From: Candidatus Saccharimonadales bacterium
GTDB taxonomy: Bacteria; Patescibacteriota; Saccharimonadia; Saccharimonadales; EFPC-124
Assembly: GCA_035457485.1 (NCBI GenBank)
Contig: DATIBO010000006.1
Coordinates: 818,659 to 882,658 of the forward strand
Direction of reading: 5' to 3'
DNA length: 64,000 nucleotides
The position numbers were made by a program, and so were the translations under genes. The notes beneath the pieces were generated by a model. The model was not told the origin of the DNA. It searched no databases and saw only the letters and a program-made list of their open reading frames with translations. Shown one piece after another: positions 9,138-17,420 of the stretch (within the stretch, counting starts at the first letter, position 1; every line of letters begins with the position of its first letter).

Positions 9138-9962
9138 TTAATCATCGACGAAGGCGCCGCTTTCCTGATCGGGATAGCGAACATCCAGGCCTGAGACGCG
9201 GAAGTCAGAGAAGGCCTCGGACATCCAGACCCGATTCTTGCTCGAGGCGCCTACGACCTCCTCTTGCCAGGCGAGCTCGCCGAAGCGAGCCAGGAACGCC
9301 GTCTTGACGAACTCGTCCTCATCCAACGAACCCGTGCCGAATTCACGGCCGATCGTCCAGATTTTGAGGGCGTCCATCAGGTGTGGAATCGACAGCTGCA
9401 CGCCGAAGTCTGGATGAGCCACCAGAGCCCGAAGCGTGTCGTTGTCTGGGTTGCACGCGGCGATGATGCGGAACAGTGCTTCAGCGATGTCGCTGTGATC
9501 GGGATCGGAGTCTCCCCGGTCGCCGAAGAAAACCGCATCGCCGCGACCAGCCATGAGCACAACCGCCACATGAAGCGAGTTGTTCGTATCGAACCCATCG
9601 CCGCGCGGCACAAGGTGAATGCCGCCAGCGGTCAGGGTTGCGATCCCGAACGGATCACTCTCGTCTGGACCCTCGTACAGGTCCAGTACGACCATGCCGC
9701 GGTAGCCGAACTGAGGGCGGCCGAGCGAAACGGCCTTCCCCACCACATCAGCATAGTCCTCGGCTCTGTACTTGCCGGCGTGAATGAGATCCGCGAGGTC
9801 GCGGTCCATCACGTAAGCGTCCACGGCAGACTCGAAGTCGGTCTTCAAGTCCAATCGCGCCGCCACTGCTGGAATCTCAGGCTCCGGCAATGCCAAAGCC
9901 CCGGTTAGCCGACAAATCACCTCAAATCGGAGGAAATTGTCAGATCTTGCACCCCAGATCAT
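9138..9962 (-). CDS. Hypothetical protein, 274 aa, compositionally foreign (high-GC island 1)
   Basis: ATG 9962 is preceded by GAAGGGAGAGCA. Codons are strongly G/C-ending in this frame. A 214-aa antisense shadow ORF is typical of high-GC coding DNA. The product is acidic and cytoplasmic-looking, with no motif I recognise. Confidence 0.75.
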   Translation of the reverse strand: MIWGARSDNFLRFEVICRLTGALALPEPEIPAVAARLDLKTDFESAVDAYVMDRDLADLIHAGKYRAEDYADVVGKAVSLGRPQFGYRGMVVLDLYEGPDESDPFGIATLTAGGIHLVPRGDGFDTNNSLHVAVVLMAGRGDAVFFGDRGDSDPDHSDIAEALFRIIAACNPDNDTLRALVAHPDFGVQLSIPHLMDALKIWTIGREFGTGSLDEDEFVKTAFLARFGELAWQEEVVGASSKNRVWMSEAFSDFRVSGLDVRYPDQESGAFVDD

Positions 9963-10016
9963 TGCTCTCCCTTCGAGCCGCCGCAGAACTTCTGCAGCAA
10001 GCGGATGATCTGATGA

Positions 10017-10045
10017 ATTATAAAATAATAAGCTATGCTTTACAA
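10017..10045 (-). promoter_or_regulatory. Sigma70-like promoter candidate upstream of the island-1 CDS
   Basis: The minus strand reads TTGTAA (10045..10040), a 17-nt spacer, then TATAAT (10022..10017). It lies in the AT-rich stretch between the secA stop and island 1. Confidence 0.4.
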
Positions 10046-10083
10046 TATAAATTCGTTAGCGCCGCAATGTGCGACGCTATAAA

Positions 10084-12690
10084 CTAATGTTTTTTGTGAC
10101 GATTTTTGCGTTCTTTTTTGCGTTTTTTACGAAGGTCACTCTTTTTCTTTTTAGAATCATCAACCATCTGCTTTGACTCGCTTGCAGTTTCGAACTTAAC
10201 CTCTTTTTGTGGTTTACCAAGTTCATTTACACCCTGCTCGACCGAGTTTTCGGCCGCACGCGTAAGCTCAGTATCAAAACTGTCGTCCTGAACACTCGCG
10301 GTATCACGTTTAGTTAAATGCAGTAGCGCTCGCACCACTTCCTGGCGTTTTGTTCCTTGTAATTCCTCAAACAATCGTTGAGATTCCTGACGATATTCTA
10401 CCAACGGATCGCGCTGGCCGATTCCACGCAAGTGAATTCCTTCGCGTAAATGTTGCATGTTCTCTAGGTGACGCATCCACAAAGTATCCAAAACTTGCAG
10501 GTAAACCTCACGCTCAACTTTACGCATTAATTCTTCGCCCACTTCGGCTTCTTTGTTTTGATAAAGATTTAAGGCCTCCTCTTCGGCTACATCTGTGCGC
10601 TCTTTGTCTTTTTTGGCAGCTTCCATTTTTTTGAGAATTTCATTCGCGACCGGAATTACAGCCTCAAACTCTCCCGCAAAACTTGGGTTTTCTTTTGGTC
10701 CAAACGCCGCCAAAAAGTTAGCTTCATCCCTAACCATCTGCTTAACTTCTTCAGATATATCGCCGCCCAGCAAAATATTGCGCCTGATTGTGTAAACCGC
10801 GCGCCTATGACGATTCATAACATTGTCATATTGCACTACGTTTTTGCGAGCATCAAAGTTAAAGCCTTCAACCTTTTTTTGCGCATTCTCTAAAGTTTTG
10901 CTCACGGCTTTGTTTTGAATTGGCGTTTCCTCATCTACACCTAATCTATCCATCAGTGTGCGGATTCGCTCACCCTGGAAAATTCGCATCAAATCGTCTT
11001 CTGTCGAAACGTAGAATTGAGTCAAACCGGGGTCACCCTGACGACCACAACGTCCACGCAACTGATTGTCAATTCGGCGCGATTCGTGACGCTCTGACCC
11101 GATGACGACCAAACCACCTAGTTCTTTAACTTCCGGCGCAAGCACGATATCCGTTCCGCGGCCGGCAATGTTAGTCGCCAAAGTCACGGCACCTCTTTGA
11201 CCAGCTTTAGCAATGATCGAGGCTTCGCTCTCGTTGTTTTTGGCGTTCAATGTTTGATGTACGACCCCAGCTTTTGTGAGCGCCTTGCTAAGAGCTTCGT
11301 TCTTTTCGATCGAAACAGATCCAATTAACACCGGTCGCCCCAGTTTATTGTACTCTTTTACAGTCTCAACAATCGCCTTAAACTTACCAACTTCGGTTTT
11401 AAAAATCATGTCGGTTTTATCTTCGCGGATCACGGGTTTGTTGGCCGGAATCTGAATCACATCAAGACCATAAATCTGCTGAAATTCTTCAGCCTCGGTG
11501 TAAGCCGTTCCTGTCATTCCCGAAAGTTTGTTGTAAAGTCTAAAGTAGTTCTGGAAGCTGATCGTCGCCAAAGTCATGCTTTCCTGCAAAACTGGCACAC
11601 CTTCTTTAGCCTCGATAGCCTGGTGCAACCCTTCGTTGTACCTACGGCCATGCATTAAACGACCGGTAAATTCATCTACAATTACGACCTCTTTTTCTAC
11701 TGTTACAACGTAGTTTTTGTCGCGCTTAAATAAAGTTTGCGCTCGCAGCGCCTGGTTCATGTGATAAACCGCGCGAACGTTCTCGGGCGCGTAAAAGTTA
11801 GCTATTCCAAGCAATTTCTCTACCTTTTCTACGCCTTCGTCGGTCAGGTTTACTGCGTGGCGCTTTTCGTCCAAAACGTAGTCAGCCGGTACAAGTTTTT
11901 TCGCAATCGCCGCAAAGCTTGCGTAGTTATTGCCACTGTCGCTGGATGGCGCGCTGATAATTAGCGGCGTCCGAGCTTCATCGATTAAAATGCTGTCAAC
12001 CTCATCCACGATCGCAAAGTTTAGTTCGCGCTGACGCAGCTCATCAACTTCGTTAACCATGTTGTCGCGCAGATAATCAAAACCAAACTCGTTATTTGTG
12101 CCGTAGGTAATATCTGCGGCGTAGGCTTCTTTACGAGTGCAAGGGCGAAGTTTTTTCATCCTTGGGTCGTCGTGGGCTTCGTTTTCAAACGTAGGATCGT
12201 AAATAAATGACTGATCTGGTATAACCACCGCTACGCTCATACCCAAAAAATCGTAAACCGGACCCATCCAGCCAGCGTCACGTTGCGCCAAGTAATCGTT
12301 TACGGTTACAACGTGGACACCTTTACCGGTTAGTGCGTTTAAGTAGGTTGGCAAAGTGGCAACTAAAGTCTTACCTTCACCAGTTTTCATTTCTGCGACG
12401 TTGCCCTCGTGCAAGGCCATTCCACCTATTAATTGCACGTCAAAATGGCGCATTTTAAGCGTGCGACTAGAGGCCTCGCGCACTGTAGCGAAGGCGTCTG
12501 GCAAAATGTCTTCTAGGGTTTTATTTTTGGCAAGCTGCTCTTTTAAAACCTTAGTTTGCTTTTTAAGATCGCTGTCGTTAAGCTTTTCGTATTTACTACT
12601 TAACGAATTAATCGTCGCAACCTTCTTACGCAAACGGCGCAAAATTTTAGCTTGTGGGTCTCCAAAAATTTTTGTCAAAAACTGTCGCAT
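10084..12690 (-). CDS. secA: Preprotein translocase ATPase SecA
   Basis: Walker A MKTGEGKTLVATLP and DEAD-like DEVDSILIDEARTPLIIS. Start chosen at ATG 12690 (MRQFLTKIFGD...), which has GGAG 7 nt upstream. The basic K/R-rich C-terminal tail has no Cys zinc motif. Confidence 0.9.
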   Translation of the reverse strand: MRQFLTKIFGDPQAKILRRLRKKVATINSLSSKYEKLNDSDLKKQTKVLKEQLAKNKTLEDILPDAFATVREASSRTLKMRHFDVQLIGGMALHEGNVAEMKTGEGKTLVATLPTYLNALTGKGVHVVTVNDYLAQRDAGWMGPVYDFLGMSVAVVIPDQSFIYDPTFENEAHDDPRMKKLRPCTRKEAYAADITYGTNNEFGFDYLRDNMVNEVDELRQRELNFAIVDEVDSILIDEARTPLIISAPSSDSGNNYASFAAIAKKLVPADYVLDEKRHAVNLTDEGVEKVEKLLGIANFYAPENVRAVYHMNQALRAQTLFKRDKNYVVTVEKEVVIVDEFTGRLMHGRRYNEGLHQAIEAKEGVPVLQESMTLATISFQNYFRLYNKLSGMTGTAYTEAEEFQQIYGLDVIQIPANKPVIREDKTDMIFKTEVGKFKAIVETVKEYNKLGRPVLIGSVSIEKNEALSKALTKAGVVHQTLNAKNNESEASIIAKAGQRGAVTLATNIAGRGTDIVLAPEVKELGGLVVIGSERHESRRIDNQLRGRCGRQGDPGLTQFYVSTEDDLMRIFQGERIRTLMDRLGVDEETPIQNKAVSKTLENAQKKVEGFNFDARKNVVQYDNVMNRHRRAVYTIRRNILLGGDISEEVKQMVRDEANFLAAFGPKENPSFAGEFEAVIPVANEILKKMEAAKKDKERTDVAEEEALNLYQNKEAEVGEELMRKVEREVYLQVLDTLWMRHLENMQHLREGIHLRGIGQRDPLVEYRQESQRLFEELQGTKRQEVVRALLHLTKRDTASVQDDSFDTELTRAAENSVEQGVNELGKPQKEVKFETASESKQMVDDSKKKKSDLRKKRKKERKNRHKKH

Positions 12691-12816
12691 ATTTGTCTCC
12701 AAGTTAAAGGGAAGAATCCTTAATAGTATACCCACATTTAGCACTGAATGGAATGGTCTGCCAACAATAGCCGCCTAATAGATTACGGGGCATAATTGAG
12801 CATTTCTACGCCACAG

Positions 12817-13188
12817 CTACCCCAAAAATCTTGCTCGTAATCTTCGCAAAATATTAGGATGAGTAGTTTTTAAATGAGCCACATGCTCTTGTTTATACTT
12901 TACGAACTGATTTTTTATTTTCTGTTCAACTATATCTACAGCGGCAAACATATTCATTGTCGATTCTTTGGCGGCAATTTGCTTATCGGGAACGGTCACA
13001 ACAATTTCGCATTCGTATTTATTGCCCAAACGATTATTGGTTTGGCGCAATTTAACCTCTGCATGAGCGGTTTTGCGAGCATGTCGCGGCAAATACTTAT
13101 CGAGTGAGCCAATTTTTTTGCGAGCATATTTTTTAATATCCGCGCCCAAATCTAGGTTAACCCCAGTAATTTCGATTTGTGTTAGCAT
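12817..13188 (-). CDS. hpf: Ribosome hibernation factor, short HPF/RaiA (YfiA) family
   Basis: 123 aa, with an N-terminal MLTQIEITGVNLDLGADIKKYARKKIGSLDKYL pattern typical of the sigma-54-modulation/RaiA fold. Confidence 0.75.
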   Translation of the reverse strand: MLTQIEITGVNLDLGADIKKYARKKIGSLDKYLPRHARKTAHAEVKLRQTNNRLGNKYECEIVVTVPDKQIAAKESTMNMFAAVDIVEQKIKNQFVKYKQEHVAHLKTTHPNILRRLRARFLG

Positions 13189-13196
13189 ATTCCCCT

Positions 13197-14492
13197 TTAA
13201 ATTTTAGTTTTGCCGCCCATGTAAGGTCGTAAAACTTCCGGTACGGCTACGTTGCCATCTTTGTCTTGGTTGTTTTCGATTATCGCAATCAGTGGGCGCA
13301 TCGACAAAACTGTAGCATCGTTAGTATGAACAAGCTCGACGTCGCCATTTTTTAGGCGGACGCGAGTTTGCAAGCTTCGAGCCTGAAAATCTGTAATATA
13401 GTCGGCGGTGTGAGTTTCACGATATTTGTTCTGGCCGGGTAGCCAGCAGTCGATATCGACACCTGTCGCGTTCGGTCCACCAATATCGTAGGTGCATTTT
13501 TGCACCACGCGATAAGGCAGCTTCAGTTGCTGTATTAGATACTCCTGGATTGCAACCATGAGCTTATGCTCTTCAAGGCCGGTTTCGGCGGTCGTAAAAC
13601 TTTCGGCTTCTAGCTTATCAAACTGATGTAAGCGGAAGATTCCTTCCATATCTTTGCCATAAGTTCCAGCCTCACGCCTAAAAGAAGTTGAATATGCGAT
13701 ATAACGGATCGGTAACTCGGCCTCAGGCAAGATTTCGTCCATGTACATTGGGCACATGCTGTGCTCGGCGCTAGCGTTCAGCCAAATTTCATCATCGGCA
13801 AGTTTGTAAGTTGTTTCCTCGGCATTTAATCGACCAGTGGCTTCGTATACGTCAGTTTTGATCACCGCCGGTGGCATAACTGGCGTAAACGGTTTGGTCG
13901 AAACTCTTAGGCCATTCTGCTCAACAATTTTTTTAATAACCACCTCGTCAGTCATCACATCAATCGCCCAGTCAACAACTGCGCGCTGAAGCTTAACAAG
14001 GTCACCTTTTACATACGCAAAGCGGCTTCCTGCAACTTTTGCGGCACGTTCTTTGTCGATCCAACCTTTAGCCACGCCAATTTCGTTGTGGTTTTTAGGT
14101 TCAAAATCAAATTTAGTCGGTTCGCCTACGGTTTTTGTAATTACGTTTTCGTCTTCGCTCGCGCCGACCGGAACGTCCGCAAGCGGCATGTTTGGAACTT
14201 TTTTAAGCTCTACCAAAAACTCTTTATCTAAAACTGTAAATTCGTCCTCGAGTTTTGAAAGCTGATTCTTAAGCTCGCGGCCTTCGGTTAATTGCTCCTC
14301 TGTTGGCTTACCTTGTTTTAACGTAGCAGCATGTTCATTACGTTTTTTGCGTAGAGTTTCTATTTTTGCGCTCAATTCGCGACGCGAACTATCTAGCTTA
14401 AGTAAATGTTTAACGTCTACTTTATAGCCTTTTTGTTCAGACTTTTTTTGCACTTCTTCGGCGTGCTCGCGAATATAACGGATGTCTAGCAT
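13197..14492 (-). CDS. serS: Seryl-tRNA synthetase
   Basis: N-terminal coiled-coil arm (MLDIRYIREHAEEV...). Class II motif 2 FRREAGTYGKDMEGIFRLHQFDKLE. Confidence 0.9.
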   Translation of the reverse strand: MLDIRYIREHAEEVQKKSEQKGYKVDVKHLLKLDSSRRELSAKIETLRKKRNEHAATLKQGKPTEEQLTEGRELKNQLSKLEDEFTVLDKEFLVELKKVPNMPLADVPVGASEDENVITKTVGEPTKFDFEPKNHNEIGVAKGWIDKERAAKVAGSRFAYVKGDLVKLQRAVVDWAIDVMTDEVVIKKIVEQNGLRVSTKPFTPVMPPAVIKTDVYEATGRLNAEETTYKLADDEIWLNASAEHSMCPMYMDEILPEAELPIRYIAYSTSFRREAGTYGKDMEGIFRLHQFDKLEAESFTTAETGLEEHKLMVAIQEYLIQQLKLPYRVVQKCTYDIGGPNATGVDIDCWLPGQNKYRETHTADYITDFQARSLQTRVRLKNGDVELVHTNDATVLSMRPLIAIIENNQDKDGNVAVPEVLRPYMGGKTKI

Positions 14493-14532
14493 GGGGTTAA
14501 TTATACTATGATTTAAGGAGTTTAGGAATCAT

Positions 14533-15027
14533 TTACAACCTTGGCAGCTCCGAGTATGGCACGTGACAAGCGCCTAGCCCAGTTTTTTCGGTGTATTTTT
14601 GGTGATATTCTTCGGCTCGATAAAACTCACTAGCTTTTGTAATCTCGGTAGCCAGGGGCACTTTAAAATCTTTTTGAACCATTGCTTTTACTTGTTCTGC
14701 GACATTTTTCTGATCATCATTTATGTAAAATATTGCGCTACGATAATTATCGCCGATGTCTGGGCCCTGACCATCGACTTGCGTTGGATCGTGCATTCTA
14801 AAGAATTGCCGCAAAATATCTTTATAGCTAATCTTGTTAGCGTCAAAGTCAATTTTGACGGCTTCAGCATGTCCAGTATCGTGCTGACAAACTTGATCGT
14901 AGGTTGGATTTTTAGTATGACCGCCAGTGTACCCAACCTCGGTTTCCATTACCCCGGGAACTTGATCAAAATAAGCCTGGACTCCCCAAAAGCAGCCGGC
15001 TGCTAAAATTGCTGTTTGTTTATTCAT
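14533..15027 (-). CDS. msrA: Peptide methionine (S)-S-oxide reductase MsrA
   Basis: Active-site motif GCFWG near the N-terminus; 164 aa. Confidence 0.9.
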   Translation of the reverse strand: MNKQTAILAAGCFWGVQAYFDQVPGVMETEVGYTGGHTKNPTYDQVCQHDTGHAEAVKIDFDANKISYKDILRQFFRMHDPTQVDGQGPDIGDNYRSAIFYINDDQKNVAEQVKAMVQKDFKVPLATEITKASEFYRAEEYHQKYTEKTGLGACHVPYSELPRL

Positions 15028-15039
15028 ATATTAATTAAA

Positions 15040-15636
15040 TCACCGTAATGCTCTTGCTGCTAGTATAACAGCCAGTACGCCGATTATGTTAAGTAGAAAA
15101 CAGATGAACAAGATATAACGGCGCTTAAAACGCGAAATTCCCATCAGACTTAAGCCAACTTCGTCGGGGATTGGCGTAGCAATTATAAAGGCACCGATTA
15201 AAAATAAGATCCACGTAGTAAATCGGTGTCGCATGACTTTAACCAAGCTTGGAACTCGAAACTTTTTGAATAATGGTCGTAGCTCGGCAAAAACTTTTTC
15301 GTCATAAAATTTTAGCGCAATCCAGTCGCCTGCTGTTGACCCAGTGGCGATTACTAATGCCAAAAGGTACGGCTCGTATTTACTGGAAAGATCTATCATC
15401 AAAACTATGGCTGGAGCGGCGGTAAAAAACGACACCGAAAGTAGACCCGCAATAAAGCCTCCAAGATAACCAAAACTTTCTATATAGCTAAAAATACTGC
15501 TTAAGAATACGCTGTCTAGAAGCAGAATAAATAATATAATTACCAGCATGGCTAAAGTTGAATGCTTGTATTCATAGCCGAGCCACCACTTATTGAGCTT
15601 TTTTAGTAATGGTTTTTTGCGCGCTCGTTTGCTCAT
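15040..15636 (-). CDS. Integral membrane protein, possibly VTT/DedA-YqaA-like
   Basis: 198 aa with a basic N-terminus and about 5 TMs. The motif ATPIPDEVGL resembles the PxPxE of VTT-domain proteins. The family call is weak. Confidence 0.4.
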   Translation of the reverse strand: MSKRARKKPLLKKLNKWWLGYEYKHSTLAMLVIILFILLLDSVFLSSIFSYIESFGYLGGFIAGLLSVSFFTAAPAIVLMIDLSSKYEPYLLALVIATGSTAGDWIALKFYDEKVFAELRPLFKKFRVPSLVKVMRHRFTTWILFLIGAFIIATPIPDEVGLSLMGISRFKRRYILFICFLLNIIGVLAVILAARALR

Positions 15637-15732
15637 ACATCTTATTATAAGTAAAAATGCTTGTGTTATAAATGTTTGCTTTTTGCAAATAAAATTATAT
15701 AATTTTTTTTAGGTACTACATCGGGAGGATGA

Positions 15733-16116
15733 ATGACCGAAAAGGCCGAGGGCATCGAGGAGAACGTGAACGTCTTCCGCAAGTTCGTGGGAGATTCGTT
15801 CATGAACTACGTCGAGCTCCACTTTAACCGCGGAGGACTCGATGGACTGCAGCGTGCGCTTGAACCTCAGTCGCGCGAGAAGCTGGCAGCCTACCTGAGC
15901 GCCAACTACAACGCAGTTCGACAGCAAGGCTGGCCGCGGTTCGGCGAGGTCGTACACACGACCATCAACAACCTGACAGTCCACCTGCTGGAGCTGTTGG
16001 ACGACCCATCCAGTAATGCCTACCCCCTGTCCCTCAAAGAACTCGGAGTATCTCCGCTCGCGATCGTCACACACATCATGACGGCGATCCGAAACCCATT
16101 CCCCTTCTACCCGTAA
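15733..16116 (+). CDS. Hypothetical protein, 127 aa, compositionally foreign (high-GC island 2)
   Basis: GGGAGG (15723-15728) lies 4 nt before ATG 15733. Codons mostly end in G/C. A hairpin follows the stop. The overlapping 152-aa minus-strand ORF looks like a shadow ORF. No motif recognised. Confidence 0.7.
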   Translation: MTEKAEGIEENVNVFRKFVGDSFMNYVELHFNRGGLDGLQRALEPQSREKLAAYLSANYNAVRQQGWPRFGEVVHTTINNLTVHLLELLDDPSSNAYPLSLKELGVSPLAIVTHIMTAIRNPFPFYP

Positions 16117-16123
16117 AAACCCT

Positions 16124-16160
16124 GCGAGGGGCGGCCCGAAATCTCGTGGCCACCCCTCGC
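16124..16160 (+). terminator. GC-rich hairpin 8 nt after the island-2 stop
   Basis: GCGAGGGG-C-GGCC (16124-16136) pairs with GGCC-A-CCCCTCGC (16148-16160). That gives 12 bp with one C/A mismatch and an 11-nt loop. It ends 8 nt before the convergent gdh stop. Confidence 0.55.
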
Positions 16161-16167
16161 ACACCAA

Positions 16168-17367
16168 CTAGTCAAGCAATTTTTTTAACGCAATTTCAAA
16201 CGCCGCTTGCTTTAAACTGACATTATTTTTACTGGCGTATCTTATAGTCTTTTGAGTAGCTGCCGAAATGACTTCATCTAATTTTTGGTTAACTGATAGC
16301 TCCGTCCAAGTCTCGCCAGCCAGGTTTTGCTGCCATTCCAAGCAAGACACAGTAACGCCACCAGCATTTGCAATTACATCTGGCAAAATTACCTTTTTAC
16401 GCTCAATTAAGGTGTCCTCAGCCTGCTTGCTAATCGGGCCATTTGCAAGTTCAACGATAAAATCTGCCCTAACTTTATCGACATTCTCTTTTGTAACTGC
16501 ATCCTCAAGCGCGGCCAAAACCAAGATATCGGCTTGCACACCGATAATCTCGCTGCTTGGTAAAATCTTGGCATTTTTTAAATCATCTAAATCTTCTGGC
16601 TGCGGTATGCTTTTTTGACGACCCTCAACATTTATGCCATCGGAATTAACCCATGTGTTTTTACTGTTTGCTATAGCAATAAGTTTTAAATTTGGCGCGA
16701 CTTTCTTGATCGATTCCGCAAAAAAATAGCCCACATTCCCAAAGCCTTGCAAGGCGACCGTTAGCGGCGAGTTTAGCAAATTCTTGCTCTTTAAAAATTC
16801 ACGCAGGCTTATCGCACCACCCAAGCCAGTAGCGGCTTCGCGCCCTTCGCTGCCCCCGTACTTAGTTGATTTACCCGTAAAACTTGCCGCATCTTTTTTG
16901 CCGATGGTTTTCTCAAACTCATCTACCATCCAGTCTATGATTTGCGCATTAGTATTAACATCTGGCGCCGGAACATCTTTGTCCGATCCTATATGTGGCG
17001 CCAAGTGCCGGGCATAAGCTCGCGATAATTCTTCGATTTCATCTGCGCTCAGAGTCTTAGGGTCAACAACAACCCCGCCCTTGCCTCCGCCAAGCGGCAG
17101 TCCAACTGCGGCGGTTTTTAAACTCATTAAAGTTGCGAGTGCGCGAACTTCATCTAAGTTTACCTGTTTATGAAACCTGACTCCGCCCTTGAACGGCCCC
17201 AACTTATTACTATGCTGCACTCTATAGGCTGTAAATTTTTTGCCATTTTTAAGTTCAATTTCAAAAATATGCTCAGCTTCGGCCTCCAGCAACGCCTGAA
17301 TTTTTTGTTCGCTGTACCCCAAGCGAGTCGCGGCCTCACGAATATTTTGCTGAGCGGTTTCTAACAT
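16168..17367 (-). CDS. Glu/Leu/Phe/Val-family amino-acid dehydrogenase (glutamate dehydrogenase-like)
   Basis: FKGGVRFH and the catalytic-Lys region LPLGGGKGGV, followed by a C-terminal Rossmann segment GFGNVG. Substrate cannot be fixed from sequence alone. Confidence 0.8.
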   Translation of the reverse strand: MLETAQQNIREAATRLGYSEQKIQALLEAEAEHIFEIELKNGKKFTAYRVQHSNKLGPFKGGVRFHKQVNLDEVRALATLMSLKTAAVGLPLGGGKGGVVVDPKTLSADEIEELSRAYARHLAPHIGSDKDVPAPDVNTNAQIIDWMVDEFEKTIGKKDAASFTGKSTKYGGSEGREAATGLGGAISLREFLKSKNLLNSPLTVALQGFGNVGYFFAESIKKVAPNLKLIAIANSKNTWVNSDGINVEGRQKSIPQPEDLDDLKNAKILPSSEIIGVQADILVLAALEDAVTKENVDKVRADFIVELANGPISKQAEDTLIERKKVILPDVIANAGGVTVSCLEWQQNLAGETWTELSVNQKLDEVISAATQKTIRYASKNNVSLKQAAFEIALKKLLD

Positions 17368-17420
17368 AACTCTCCTTTTGCTGAACTAATAGTACTCCGA
17401 TTTTGCTGCGAAACAAACAA

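Noticed and set aside
9264-9908. 214-aa plus-strand ORF (and the 78-aa ORF at 9377-9613) inside island 1
   Set aside because: These are antisense or out-of-frame to the 274-aa minus-strand ORF. The minus-strand ORF has the SD, the G/C-ending codon bias and the downstream hairpin. Long stop-free antisense frames are expected in high-GC coding DNA.
14599-15006. 135-aa plus-strand ORF antisense to msrA
   Set aside because: msrA on the minus strand has the diagnostic GCFWG motif. The antisense product has no features.
15709-16167. 152-aa minus-strand ORF covering island 2
   Set aside because: It has no SD and its sequence is Val/Gly/Arg-rich in the way typical of antisense translation of GC-rich genes. 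The plus-strand ORF has GGGAGG and a terminator hairpin.
16165-16172. Restriction-site-like hexamers at island edges as signs of cloning: ACTAGT at the island-2/gdh junction, GAATTC at 26934, AGATCT at 26975 and 9944, GCCCGGGC at 9101
   Set aside because: A few 6-8-mers in 64 kb are expected by chance. ACTAGT is formed by the gdh GAC-TAG stop context. There is no consistent pattern at the eight junctions.
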